Positions 30,663 through 39,876 are shown, numbered from the stretch's first letter. The stretch: DNA of 52,588 bases from Desulfobacteraceae bacterium (GCA_011390065.1 JAABTD010000008.1:1-52588), one strand, 5' to 3'. Notes: generated by a model from the sequence alone, not told the origin. Program-made: numbers and translations.

Positions 30663-31454
30663 ATGAGTGAGCGACCTGTTGTGATCGTGACCGGCGCATC
30701 CCGGGGCATGGGGGCCGAGGCGGCCCGGTGGCTCGGCAGGGCCGGCGCCGCCGTGGCGTTGACGGCCCGGAATCAGACAGCCCTCGATGAAGTGGCTGCG
30801 GATCTGGCCCAACACGGCGGGGATTCCATGACCCTTCCTGCCGATGTATCAGATCCTGCATCCTGCATCCATGTGACTGAGCAGGTCCTGGAACGGTTTG
30901 GCCGCCTGGACGGCCTGATCAACAACGCCGGGATCCTCGAACCGGTGGTCCCTGTAAGGATGGCGGATGTGGGCGCCTGGCGGCACAACATCGAAGTGAA
31001 TCTGATGGGCTCTTTCTACATGATATCGGCCGTCCTGGCTCCTCTCCGCAAGCGCCGGGGCCGGATCGTCAATGTCAGCAGCGGCGCTGCGGTCAACGCC
31101 GTGGCCGGATGGAGCGCCTACTGCGCGGCCAAGGCGGGCCTGACCCATTTCACCCGGGTGCTGGCCGTGGAAGAACCTGATGTGACGGCCATTTCCCTCC
31201 GACCGGGGGTGGTCGATACCCAAATGCAGGGCGTGATCCGGGAGAAGGGGCCCGGCAACATGGACCCCGACAAAACCGATTACTTCCAGAATCTGAAGGC
31301 GGAGGGGAAGCTGGCGCCGCCGGAGATCCCGGCCCGGTCCATGGCATGGCTGGCGCTGCGGGCGCCCGTGGAATGGAGCGGCCGGTTTATGGAATACGAC
31401 GACCCCGAGATCCTCGACCCGGCCCGGGAAATGCTGGGGGAAAGTTTGCGCTGA
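30663..31454 (+). CDS. Short-chain dehydrogenase/reductase
   Basis: TGASRGMG, NNAG, VSSG and YCAAK. ATG 30663 follows GGAGG. Confidence 0.93.
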   Translation: MSERPVVIVTGASRGMGAEAARWLGRAGAAVALTARNQTALDEVAADLAQHGGDSMTLPADVSDPASCIHVTEQVLERFGRLDGLINNAGILEPVVPVRMADVGAWRHNIEVNLMGSFYMISAVLAPLRKRRGRIVNVSSGAAVNAVAGWSAYCAAKAGLTHFTRVLAVEEPDVTAISLRPGVVDTQMQGVIREKGPGNMDPDKTDYFQNLKAEGKLAPPEIPARSMAWLALRAPVEWSGRFMEYDDPEILDPAREMLGESLR

Positions 31455-31536
31455 CGCGGCCGGCCATGTATACTGAATGGAGACACGGTCGGTTTTCAAT
31501 TGACATGAATCGCAGCGGAACCACAGGAGGCATTCC

Positions 31537-32106
31537 ATGAAAAAATCCATCGGCGCCAAGACCCTTCTCTACCCCGCCCCCGTTCTGGTGGTGGGGACCT
31601 ACGACGACAAGGGGCATCCCAACGTGATGACCGCCGCCTGGGGCGGGATTTGCTGTTCCAAGCCCCCCTGCGTGATGGTCGCCCTTCGGAAGGCGACCTA
31701 CTCTTATGCCGGCATCGAGGGCAACCGGGCTTTTACCATCAGCATCCCCTCGACGGCCCACGCCAAAGAGGCGGATTTCTTCGGCATGGCTTCCGGGAAA
31801 AACACCGATAAATTCGCCAGATCCGGGCTGACGGCGGCCCAAAGCGATCTCGTCAACGCCCCTTACGTGGCGGAATTTCCCGTGGTGCTGGAATGCGAAC
31901 TGCGCCACGCCTTCGAGTTGGGCCTCCACACCCAGTTCGTGGGGGAGGTCATGGACGTCAAGGCCGACCCCGAAGTGCTGGGGGACGACGGTCTGCCGGA
32001 TATGGAAAAAATCCAGCCCATGCTCTTCGCCCCCGAATCCCGCAAATACTACGGCGTCGGCGCCATCATCGGCGAGGCCTTTTCCATGGGGAAAGGGATT
32101 GGATAA
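31537..32106 (+). CDS. Flavin reductase family protein (flavoredoxin-like)
   Basis: LYPAPVLVVGTY, NVMTAAWGGICCS, SGKNTDKF and LECEL..HTQFVGE. Confidence 0.9.
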   Translation: MKKSIGAKTLLYPAPVLVVGTYDDKGHPNVMTAAWGGICCSKPPCVMVALRKATYSYAGIEGNRAFTISIPSTAHAKEADFFGMASGKNTDKFARSGLTAAQSDLVNAPYVAEFPVVLECELRHAFELGLHTQFVGEVMDVKADPEVLGDDGLPDMEKIQPMLFAPESRKYYGVGAIIGEAFSMGKGIG

Positions 32107-32112
32107 TCCGTC

Positions 32113-32454
32113 ATGTTGAAAAACTATCGTTTTGGCAGCATCGAAGCCAAAGGCAAAACCTACACCGACGACATCAAGGTCATCGACGGCGAGGTGGTCC
32201 CCGACTGGTGGCGGAACAGCGGGCACCGGCTGGCTGCGGCCGACATCCAGGACATCCTCACGGCCGATCCCGATATCCTGGTGATCGGCAAAGGCAATTC
32301 CGGCAACATGGCCGTTCCGGATTCGGTGGCGGACAAGATCCGGGAAGCGGGGATCGAGCTGGTCGCCGAAAATACAGGCTCGGCCGTGGAGACCTTCAAC
32401 CGGCTGCTGGACGAGGGAAAAAATGTCGCCGGCGGCTTTCACCTGACCTGTTGA
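32113..32454 (+). CDS. Mth938-like domain protein
   Basis: YRFGSI...YTDD, ILVIGKG, T.SAVETFN and GGFHLTC. Confidence 0.88.
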   Translation: MLKNYRFGSIEAKGKTYTDDIKVIDGEVVPDWWRNSGHRLAAADIQDILTADPDILVIGKGNSGNMAVPDSVADKIREAGIELVAENTGSAVETFNRLLDEGKNVAGGFHLTC

Positions 32455-32477
32455 CCCCCTGTTTTTGTGGGGAGCGG

Positions 32478-32504
32478 GTAGGGGCGAAAATTTTTCGCCC
32501 CTAC
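32478..32504. repeat. GTAG-type REP-like palindrome
   Basis: GTAGGGGCGAAAA-T-TTTTCGCCCCTAC is a perfect 13-bp inverted repeat in an intergenic region. Confidence 0.75.
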
Positions 32505-32561
32505 GGTTACCCGGTCCAAAATGGGGGGTGTTATTTTTCATGCATTCCAAAGGAGACATAG

Positions 32562-33197
32562 ATGACAGATCCCGCGGCGCTGGAAATCTTTTCGGACTAT
32601 ATCTGACCCTGGTGCTATTTCATCACCGGGCGTGTTGAGAGACTGAAAACCGAATTCGAGATCGATGTTCACTGGGTCGCCTTTCCCCTCCACCCCGAAA
32701 CGCCGGAGGAAGGGCGGTCCCTGGAGGACCTGTTCGCCGGCCGGCCGGTGGACATCCCGGCCATGCTCGACCGGCTCCGGCGGACGGCCGAGGACCTGGG
32801 ACTGGCTTTCGGCGACCGAACCGTGATCTACAACAGCCGCAAGGCCCAGGAGCTGGGAAAATGGGCCGAGGAGAAGGGAAGAGGGGACGCATTCCACCAC
32901 GCCGCCTTCCACGCCTATTTCGCGGAAGGGAAAAACATCGCCAAGATGGACGTGCTCACGGATTTGGCCGAAGCGGTGGGCCTCTCCGGAGAGGAGGCCC
33001 GTCGGGCGATGGAAGATGGCCGATACCGTGCGGCGGTGGACGCCGACTGGAACCGGTCCCGGGAACTGGGCGTTACGGCGGTCCCGACCTTCATCCTCGA
33101 CGGCCGGCGGCTGGTGGGGGCCCAACCCTACGAGACATTGGAGAAACTCCTGGACGACAACCAGGTAGCGAGGCGCGATGGATCCGACACAACTTGA
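32562..33197 (+). CDS. DsbA/FrnE-family thiol-disulfide oxidoreductase, selenoprotein (Sec at TGA 32604-32606)
   Basis: AAGGAG RBS and ATG 32562. It reads MTDPAALEIFSDYI-U-PWCYF and continues in frame into ORF 32748..33197 (FPLHP, GVTAVPTF, GAQP). A hairpin follows the TGA (32608-32630). Confidence 0.88.
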
Positions 33198-34662
33198 GGC
33201 CCGGCTTCTCGACCTCAACTACCGGTGGAGCGCCGACGCCCTGGACCTCTGGCGGGGCGTTTCAACGCCCAAAAACGGCTACCGAATTTACGACGAGGAA
33301 GGGGATCTCCTCCGCATCGAGAACCTTGCGGTCATCGACGCCTCGCCCGACGACGGCGCGTCGACGATGTATCGATCCCGCCTCAAACACGCCCTGATCG
33401 ACCATTATCTCCAGCGGACCATGCTGCCCCACGAGCTGGAGATGCGGACCTGGATGCGCGGCGCCAGGGCCGTGGTCAACGGTGAGCGGATCACGTTCGG
33501 GGAGATCATCCCCTGGTGCCAGAAATCAAGCACTTTTGAGACCCGCCGGATCCTCCAGAAAGAAACCGGCCCCCTCTGCAAATTTCTCAAGCCCTTTGCC
33601 CTCAATTACTGGACCCTTGTCCTGGAGATGCTGACCGGGGAACTGGGATTTGCAAACTACCTCGATTATTGCGGTCGGAAAAAAGGGATCGATTACGAGC
33701 GGTTTTACACTCTGGCCGGAGAATTGCTGGAAAAGACCGACGCCGTCTATTTCCCCGTCATGGCGGCATGGACCCGCCGCCGGTTCAACCGGCCCCTATC
33801 GGATCTCAACCGGTTCGACAGCATCAAACTGCTGTGTCTGGAGGAATTCGACGATCGATATCCTGCTTCCGATCTGAGGGCATATCTCCTGTTTTTTGAA
33901 AAATGGGGCATCGATTTCGCGGCCTTGCCCAATCTCCGGCTCGAATTGGGGGCCGAAACCGAAAAAACCGCCCAAGGCATGAGTTTTTTCCTGAAAGTGC
34001 CGGAGGAAATCCATGTGCTGATGCGGCCCGAAGGCGGGTGGATCGATCTGGAGACCCTGTTTCACGAGCTGGGCCATGGTCTCTCGGCGGTCTACACCTC
34101 GCCGGCGCTCCCCGCCGTGGACCGGAACATGGCCACCTCCTTCAGCCTCTCCGAGGCCTTCGCCTTCCTACTTCAACGCGCCGTCCTGTCCCGGCCGTTT
34201 CTTACGGAGGTCATGGGGTGCGACGAGAGGACGGCCGCGGCCCTCGGCTATCACCGGACCCTCCGGGATCTCTCGGCGTTTCGCCGGTATGCGGCCAAGT
34301 TCATCTCGGAATACGAGATGTTTTCCGGCACGGATCTGGCCGACGGCCGTCCCTATGCCGATCTCATGGCCCGACATACCGGCTTCTATCACCAGCCCGA
34401 ATCCCACCTCTTCGACCTGGTCCCCGAATTCTACAGCCTCGACTATATGCTGGGCTGGATGGGGGCGGCCATGATGGAGGAGACGCTAAAGGCCCGGTTC
34501 GGAAATCGATGGTTTTTCCAGGCCGAGACGGGAGATCTTCTGAAAAGGTGGTGGTCCCAGGGGAATCGGTGCGACATCTTCGGGTTTCTGGAGAAAAACG
34601 GGTTGGGACCGCTGACCCCGGCCCCGTTGCTGACGCGCTGGCAGGACGCGCTCGGACCCTGA
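33178..34662 (+). CDS. Putative gluzincin (M3/M32-like) metallopeptidase
   Basis: TLFHELGHGL (HExxH) with downstream SEAFA supplying a third-ligand Glu; FYSLDYMLGW. Confidence 0.6.
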   Translation: MDPTQLEARLLDLNYRWSADALDLWRGVSTPKNGYRIYDEEGDLLRIENLAVIDASPDDGASTMYRSRLKHALIDHYLQRTMLPHELEMRTWMRGARAVVNGERITFGEIIPWCQKSSTFETRRILQKETGPLCKFLKPFALNYWTLVLEMLTGELGFANYLDYCGRKKGIDYERFYTLAGELLEKTDAVYFPVMAAWTRRRFNRPLSDLNRFDSIKLLCLEEFDDRYPASDLRAYLLFFEKWGIDFAALPNLRLELGAETEKTAQGMSFFLKVPEEIHVLMRPEGGWIDLETLFHELGHGLSAVYTSPALPAVDRNMATSFSLSEAFAFLLQRAVLSRPFLTEVMGCDERTAAALGYHRTLRDLSAFRRYAAKFISEYEMFSGTDLADGRPYADLMARHTGFYHQPESHLFDLVPEFYSLDYMLGWMGAAMMEETLKARFGNRWFFQAETGDLLKRWWSQGNRCDIFGFLEKNGLGPLTPAPLLTRWQDALGP

Positions 34663-34666
34663 TACG

Positions 34667-35953
34667 TTATTCGAAAAGCAACAGGTTCCCGGCCTCATCA
34701 AAGGGCAGGGGACTGCATTCGAGGATCTCCACTCCCGGCGCCGCTGCGATCTCCTTCTTCAACGCCGGGCTGGCCCAGATGTCGGCCAGATGTCGGGTGT
34801 CCCGGATGATGAAGGCCCGCACCGTCTCCGGCGCCTTGGGGCCGATGGTGGTGAAGCAGGCCTGAATGGCCTTTCGATCAGTGGGCAGCCGCACCGGGAT
34901 GGCGGCCTTGCGCAGGGAGACGCCGGTGAGCGCGTTCATCACCGTGGCCTCATAATCCATGGCCTGCCAGACTTTTTCGGTGATGATGTCGGCGTTTCCC
35001 AATCCGATGGCGTTGCCCTTGCTTCCTTCCGACAGGTTCAGGATCGCCACTCGTGCGGCATTGAACATCCCCGAAAAATCGCTCTCCATCAGATCGTAGG
35101 CCCGGCCCGTGATGTTGGGATCCATGCCCGCCCCGGAGATCTCCTTGCCGATTTTTCCAATCACCAGCACGTCGGCGGTTCGCGCCGGCAGACGGGGCAG
35201 GTGATCTTCGGCCATCCGCAGCAGGGCCTCTTCCCGTGAGAGGATGTCCGGCGGCATCAGGGCTTCGATGTGGGTCGGCTGGTCATGACCGTCCTCCACC
35301 ACCGCGATCCCGAAGCGGAAATTGCTCTCCCGGACGACCGTATCGCCGACGGCCGACAGCAGGGGAAAGAAACCGAATTTCAGGGCGCAGCGATGGAAGG
35401 CCAGCGCCCCTTCATGTTTGCCCATGCCGATGCAGAGCATTTTCAAGATCCCGCTTTCGGCAGGGGCCTTGAATTTGGTGTGGGGCTTGATCCGATTGAT
35501 GCAGACGGCGTGGTCGGCGTTCAGGGCGTCTGCCGAGAACAGGACCGGCATTTCCTCCAGGGCGGTCCCGATCCGCCGGACCGAGAGATTGGACCGAATC
35601 GGCGCGCCGCAGGCCGATTCGGTAACGCCCAGAGATGCCAGCACCGCCGCCTGCCCGGTTTCCGTCGCCCCGCCGTGGCTGCCCATGGCAGGCAGAATGA
35701 AGGGTCGGGCCCCCGACGCTTTCAGGCAGTCGCAGACCGCTCGCACCATTTCCGGCAGGCGGGTGATCCCGCGGCTGCCGACCCCCACGGCCACTGTATC
35801 GCCCGGGGAGACGGGGTGTTTTTTCAGGGCCGCCGTCATGGCCGTTTCCACAGCCGCCGACGCGTCGGGAAGGGGATCGCTCCGGCGGGTCACGCGGATC
35901 CGGTAAAAATCCGGAAATTCGAAATCGGCTTCGATGTAAGGCGGATATCGCAT
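34667..35953 (-). CDS. LarA N-terminal-like (DUF2088/DUF362-type) domain protein
   Basis: AVGVGSRGI, PAMGSHGGAT, NRIKPHT, GMGKH and GKEISGAGMDPN. Confidence 0.75.
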   Translation of the reverse strand: MRYPPYIEADFEFPDFYRIRVTRRSDPLPDASAAVETAMTAALKKHPVSPGDTVAVGVGSRGITRLPEMVRAVCDCLKASGARPFILPAMGSHGGATETGQAAVLASLGVTESACGAPIRSNLSVRRIGTALEEMPVLFSADALNADHAVCINRIKPHTKFKAPAESGILKMLCIGMGKHEGALAFHRCALKFGFFPLLSAVGDTVVRESNFRFGIAVVEDGHDQPTHIEALMPPDILSREEALLRMAEDHLPRLPARTADVLVIGKIGKEISGAGMDPNITGRAYDLMESDFSGMFNAARVAILNLSEGSKGNAIGLGNADIITEKVWQAMDYEATVMNALTGVSLRKAAIPVRLPTDRKAIQACFTTIGPKAPETVRAFIIRDTRHLADIWASPALKKEIAAAPGVEILECSPLPFDEAGNLLLFE

Positions 35954-35982
35954 GGCGACGTTTCCCTGGTCCGGCGCCGACG

Positions 35983-36525
35983 TCAGAACCGGTCGTGGTG
36001 GGTGAACTCGTCGATTTCCCGGCGTTTGGGGACTGATGATGTTTTGGCCGGAAACCCCATGGGGATGAGCACAACCACTTCATGGCTGTCGGGGACCCTC
36101 AGCACGGCTTTCGCCTTGTCGTGATCGAACAAGCCGACGATGACGGTTCCCAGCCCCTCGTTATGGGCGGCCAGGCAGAGGCTCTGGGTGGCCAGTCCCA
36201 TGTCGAAGAGAAACCAGTCGCCGAATTTGGTGGTGACCTGATCTTTATAAAACCCCGAGGTCCCCAGCTTGCCGCAGAGGGCCAGGACCGCGGGCGCGCC
36301 GCTGATGGCCTTGGTGGCGGGATTTTTCGGGGCAATGGTCTCCTGAAGCTTTTCCTTCATGGCCGGGTCCTTGACCACCACCACCTCCCAGCACTGGGTG
36401 TTGGCCCAGGAGGGAGACCATCGGACGGCTTCCAGGACGCGATTCAAGGCGTCTTCGGGAATCGGCGTTTCCTCGTATTTTCGGATGCTGCGTCTTTCCT
36501 TGATGATCTCCATGAGATTCGTCAT
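35983..36525 (-). CDS. Nitroreductase family protein
   Basis: IKERRSIRKY, WSPSWANTQCW and LAAHNEGLGT. ATG 36525 follows AAGGAG. Confidence 0.93.
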   Translation of the reverse strand: MTNLMEIIKERRSIRKYEETPIPEDALNRVLEAVRWSPSWANTQCWEVVVVKDPAMKEKLQETIAPKNPATKAISGAPAVLALCGKLGTSGFYKDQVTTKFGDWFLFDMGLATQSLCLAAHNEGLGTVIVGLFDHDKAKAVLRVPDSHEVVVLIPMGFPAKTSSVPKRREIDEFTHHDRF

Positions 36526-36547
36526 GCCTTCTCCTTTCCGTTTTCCG

Positions 36548-36712
36548 TCAGGATGTTTCATCTTCCCGATAACAGTTGCAATGGGTTTCGCCGCACTCCT
36601 TGCAGACGAACCGCACCGGTTTTTCTTCCGACGATTTCGGTTGCGACAGAAGACGCCACAGGAGCAGTCCTCCGACCAGGGCCCCCGCCCCGACCATCAT
36701 CCAGACGATCAT
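36548..36712 (-). CDS. Small (54 aa) membrane-anchored protein with CxxC-x4-CxC motif
   Basis: GGAGG RBS; MIVWMMVGAGALVGGLLLWRLL...FVCKECGETHCNCY. It lies in the same strand run as its neighbours. Confidence 0.6.
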   Translation of the reverse strand: MIVWMMVGAGALVGGLLLWRLLSQPKSSEEKPVRFVCKECGETHCNCYREDETS

Positions 36713-36740
36713 TTGTGCACCTCCACATCCAACCGGGCCG

Positions 36741-37052
36741 CTAACCCGGAAAAGGGATAATTTTGCAGGCCGTTCTCCGGCGTTTGCGCATTGGAGATTT
36801 CCATCCCTGACACCGACAGAAGATCCAGACATCGCCGCACCTGGGGCACCGTTCCACCGTACATCCCACATGGTGGAAGCCGCCCGGCTTCACATTGCAG
36901 GATGGGCAGCGGCGTTGGGCCGGTTGAAACACCGTGTGCGGTTTTTCAGGATAAGGGATGGGGGCGTAGGCCCTGCCTTCAATGAGAAACCGGCTTTCGA
37001 TGCAGGTCGCCGCCCCGATGGTTTCCTTCCCGCACATCCGGCATCGGGCCAA
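36741..37052 (-). CDS. Small Cys/His-rich zinc-finger protein
   Basis: AAGGAG RBS then TTG 37052. Motifs CRMC, CPSC..GGFHHVGC..ERCPRC and CRC. Confidence 0.65.
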   Translation of the reverse strand: MARCRMCGKETIGAATCIESRFLIEGRAYAPIPYPEKPHTVFQPAQRRCPSCNVKPGGFHHVGCTVERCPRCGDVWIFCRCQGWKSPMRKRRRTACKIIPFPG

Positions 37053-37063
37053 AATGGCGCTCC

Positions 37064-37966
37064 TTATCCGTTGACGATATCGAGCAGTGCGGTTTCCAGG
37101 TCCGGATACCGGAAGCGATACCCCTCGGCAGTGAGTCCCTCCGGAACGGCCCGCTGGCTGCTCATAAGGACTTTGCCGAACTCGCCCAGAAACGTCTTCA
37201 GCAGGAATCCGGGGACCCGGAACACTGCCGGACGATTCAGAACGCGGCCCAGGGTTTTGACCAGTTCCCGGTTCCGGACCGGGTAGGGCGCCGTGAAATT
37301 GAAGGGGCCTTCTGCCGAGGGCGTCTCCAGTATAAATCGAGCCGCCGCTGTCAGGTCGGCCATGTGAATCCAGGGGAACCACTGGGAGCCGTCTCCTATC
37401 GGGCCGCCGGCAAAGGCGCGGAACGCGGGGATCATCTTGGCCATGGCCCCCCCGCCCTTTTCCAGCACGATGCCGAAGCGCATAAGGGCCACCCGCGCGC
37501 CTTTGGTTTCAGCCTGGCGGGCCTCTTTCTCCCAGTCGACGGCAAGCCGGGCGAGAAAATCGTCGCCGGGGTCGCTTTCTTCGGTCAGCAGCGCGTCGCC
37601 CCGGTCGCCGTAAAGCCCTACCGCGGATGTGCTGCAAAGGGCAAAGGGTTTGCCATCAGGGATGGCGGCCACCAGATTCCGGGTGGTGAAAATCCGACTG
37701 TCGTAGATCTCTTGTTTGACGCTGTCGGTCCAGAGCGTGAAAATGGACCGCCCGGCAAGATTGACCGCGCCATCCATATCCCCGACGATCTTCTGCCAGT
37801 CGCCTTCTTTGGCCGCGTCAGCGGAGATATAATGGAAATTGTCGTGGCCGGGACCATCGAACTCCGGACGGGTTCCCAGGGCCGTGACCTCATGGCCGTG
37901 TTTCAGCAGATGTCGCGACAGATGGGATCCGACGAAGCCCGAACCGCCGGTGATTAATATCTTCAT
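37064..37966 (-). CDS. TIGR01777/YfcH-family NAD-dependent epimerase-like oxidoreductase
   Basis: ITGGSGFVG, VNLAG, SAVGLYG, GDGSQWFPWIH and GPFNFTAP. Confidence 0.93.
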   Translation of the reverse strand: MKILITGGSGFVGSHLSRHLLKHGHEVTALGTRPEFDGPGHDNFHYISADAAKEGDWQKIVGDMDGAVNLAGRSIFTLWTDSVKQEIYDSRIFTTRNLVAAIPDGKPFALCSTSAVGLYGDRGDALLTEESDPGDDFLARLAVDWEKEARQAETKGARVALMRFGIVLEKGGGAMAKMIPAFRAFAGGPIGDGSQWFPWIHMADLTAAARFILETPSAEGPFNFTAPYPVRNRELVKTLGRVLNRPAVFRVPGFLLKTFLGEFGKVLMSSQRAVPEGLTAEGYRFRYPDLETALLDIVNG

Positions 37967-38012
37967 CTCCGCCCCCTTTCATTGCGCGCCGAAGGCCGTC
38001 CCCCGTGCGGTG

Positions 38013-38729
38013 TTATCCGATATGAAACTCTTCCGATTCGATGTAAGGGATGTCCGCCACATCGATGGCATGGACAATGTCCTTATAAAGTCGGGTTTTG
38101 AACTCCTTGACAATGGGCCGCTTCTTGTTGAGCATTCCGGCAAACGCCAGTGCACGATCCATCAGTTCGTTCCCATGACAGGCGTCGGAGACGATGTGGT
38201 GGGTCTTGCATTCTTCGGCCGTCAGCCGCACGCCCGTCAGGATCATCTCCTCCATTTTATATCGGGGGATGGCCCGGCCCAAAAGGGCCTGCATACCGGG
38301 CAGAAACGGGATGCCCAGGTCGATTTCAGGAAAACAGAAAAACCCCCGATCGGTTCGCATGAGGCGAAAGTCAAAGGCGCAGCACCAGATGGCGCCGCCG
38401 GCAAATGCATGGCCGCTGATGGCGGCCACCGTGAGCAGGGGCGACGTCAGGGTCCGCTTGAAGAGGGTGTTGAGGCGGTAGAAGAAGTCTTTGGCGGTCG
38501 CCATGTCCCCTCGCTGGATCACCGGGGCCAGCCATTCCAGGTCGATGCCGTTGGAAAAGATTTTTTCGTGGGAAGAGGCGACCACCAAGGCGGCGGCATC
38601 GGCGTCATTTTCAACGGCGTCCAGCACATCGACGAAGGCCTGGATAAAATCGGGGTTGAATCGGTTTTCGCCATCATTCAGTGTGATCAGCGCTACCGTG
38701 TCCTCTATGCGATAATCGATCCGCGTCAT
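38013..38729 (-). CDS. Enoyl-CoA hydratase/isomerase family protein
   Basis: ENRFN, FSNGIDL, AAISGHAFAGG and FPEIDLG. Confidence 0.92.
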   Translation of the reverse strand: MTRIDYRIEDTVALITLNDGENRFNPDFIQAFVDVLDAVENDADAAALVVASSHEKIFSNGIDLEWLAPVIQRGDMATAKDFFYRLNTLFKRTLTSPLLTVAAISGHAFAGGAIWCCAFDFRLMRTDRGFFCFPEIDLGIPFLPGMQALLGRAIPRYKMEEMILTGVRLTAEECKTHHIVSDACHGNELMDRALAFAGMLNKKRPIVKEFKTRLYKDIVHAIDVADIPYIESEEFHIG

Positions 38730-38779
38730 GTCAGCATCCTTTTATACATTATATCATCGATGAGCGTCCGGCGCCCCAA

Positions 38780-38813
38780 TAAAAAAAGCAGCACCCCTTG
38801 GGATGCTGCTTTT
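38780..38813 (-). terminator. Intrinsic terminator downstream of the HesB-like gene
   Basis: The minus strand reads AAAGCAGCATCC-CAAG-GGGTGCTGCTTTTTTT. Confidence 0.75.
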
Positions 38814-38848
38814 GATATTGCTGTGGAATCGCCATCCGGGATGGCGGA

Positions 38849-39166
38849 TCAGCAGCAGGCGCCGGTGGTGCCGCAACTGGTGCAGCTGGCGCCGGCGCCG
38901 AAATCCATGTCGGAAGAAACCTTGAACCCGAAATAATTGAAATCCACTTTGACGGGCTGGATTTTCTCGTAGAAATCCTGGTCAACAATGTATTTGAAGC
39001 CATCGATGTCAAACTCTTTGTCGCTCTCTTTCGGCTCATCCAGAGCCATGGCCAGCGAGGGACCGCCTCACCCGCCTTCGTTGAGAAAGATCCGGATGGG
39101 AGCGACCTCTTTGCCTGTGAAATATTCAGAGATCTGCTTTGTGGCTTCGGGTGTTACCTCGATCAT
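38849..39166 (-). CDS. HesB/IscA-like selenoprotein (Sec at TGA 39070-39068)
   Basis: AAGGAGG RBS and ATG 39166. It reads MIEVTPEATKQISEYFTGKEVAPIRIFLNEGG-U-GGPSLAMALDEP, in frame with ORF 38849..39049, and ends CTSCGTTGACC. Confidence 0.9.
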
Positions 39167-39271
39167 AAACGCCTCCTTGAAGATAAAAGATAAGGCCGAT
39201 CAGGTCGGCCGAAACTGATCATACAATACCCATTCAAATAGATTTGTCAACATGCAGCCGGCGCCGGAAAA

Positions 39272-39341
39272 TTCCACCTTCATCCAGGTGATGTCGCCCT
39301 GAACGACTTCGATACGGTCGAGGATTTCTTTGTTTTCCCAT
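39272..39341 (-). pseudogene. 5' remnant of a macrodomain (YmdB-like) gene
   Basis: AAGGA then ATG-G-GAA AAC AAA GAA ATC... Removing one G gives MENKEILDRIEVVQGDITWMKVE, matching the macrodomain start (I.VVQGDIT...VD). It stops before the AIVNAAN motif. Confidence 0.6.
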
Positions 39342-39384
39342 GGCGCTTTCCTTGTTCATGAACTGTTTTGAACTGTGATTCAAC

Positions 39385-39876
39385 TTAGAGGTCGTACAAG
39401 GTTTCGTCCCGGAAGGGGGCCGGCTTCCGGGCTCGGGCCGCCCGGCCTTTTTGGCCCGGCAGAATGAACGGGTCCTCGGACTCCAGCAGGTCGCCCATCT
39501 CCTCTTCGATCGCGTCCGGGTCCTCGCCCCGTTCCATCCGCGCCCGAGCCCCTTCCATGCCCCCGCCGAGCTGGATGCCGGTCATGTCCGACAGCTTCCG
39601 CATCAGGTTGGCGGCCTGGCGGGGGTCGTTCTCGTCGATGTTGCCGGCTTCCCGCTCCAGAACGTGCATGGCCTGTTCCATTTTGGATTCATCGAAGGGC
39701 AGGTCGTCATCGCCTTCCTCCTTCGCCCGCCCGGTGACGGCGAACAGGGAAACCTGCCGGCTCAGGGAGGGGTTGTCGCATTTGGGACAGGCGGGAACTT
39801 TGTCGGTGTTGATGGTCCTGGAGAAGAAGTTGAAGATGGTGTTGCAGTCGGTGCAGAAAAATTCATAGATGGGCAT
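39385..39876 (-). CDS. FmdB-family zinc-ribbon protein
   Basis: MPIYEFFCTDC...CPKC followed by an acidic helical domain ending DETLYDL. Confidence 0.88.
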   Translation of the reverse strand: MPIYEFFCTDCNTIFNFFSRTINTDKVPACPKCDNPSLSRQVSLFAVTGRAKEEGDDDLPFDESKMEQAMHVLEREAGNIDENDPRQAANLMRKLSDMTGIQLGGGMEGARARMERGEDPDAIEEEMGDLLESEDPFILPGQKGRAARARKPAPFRDETLYDL

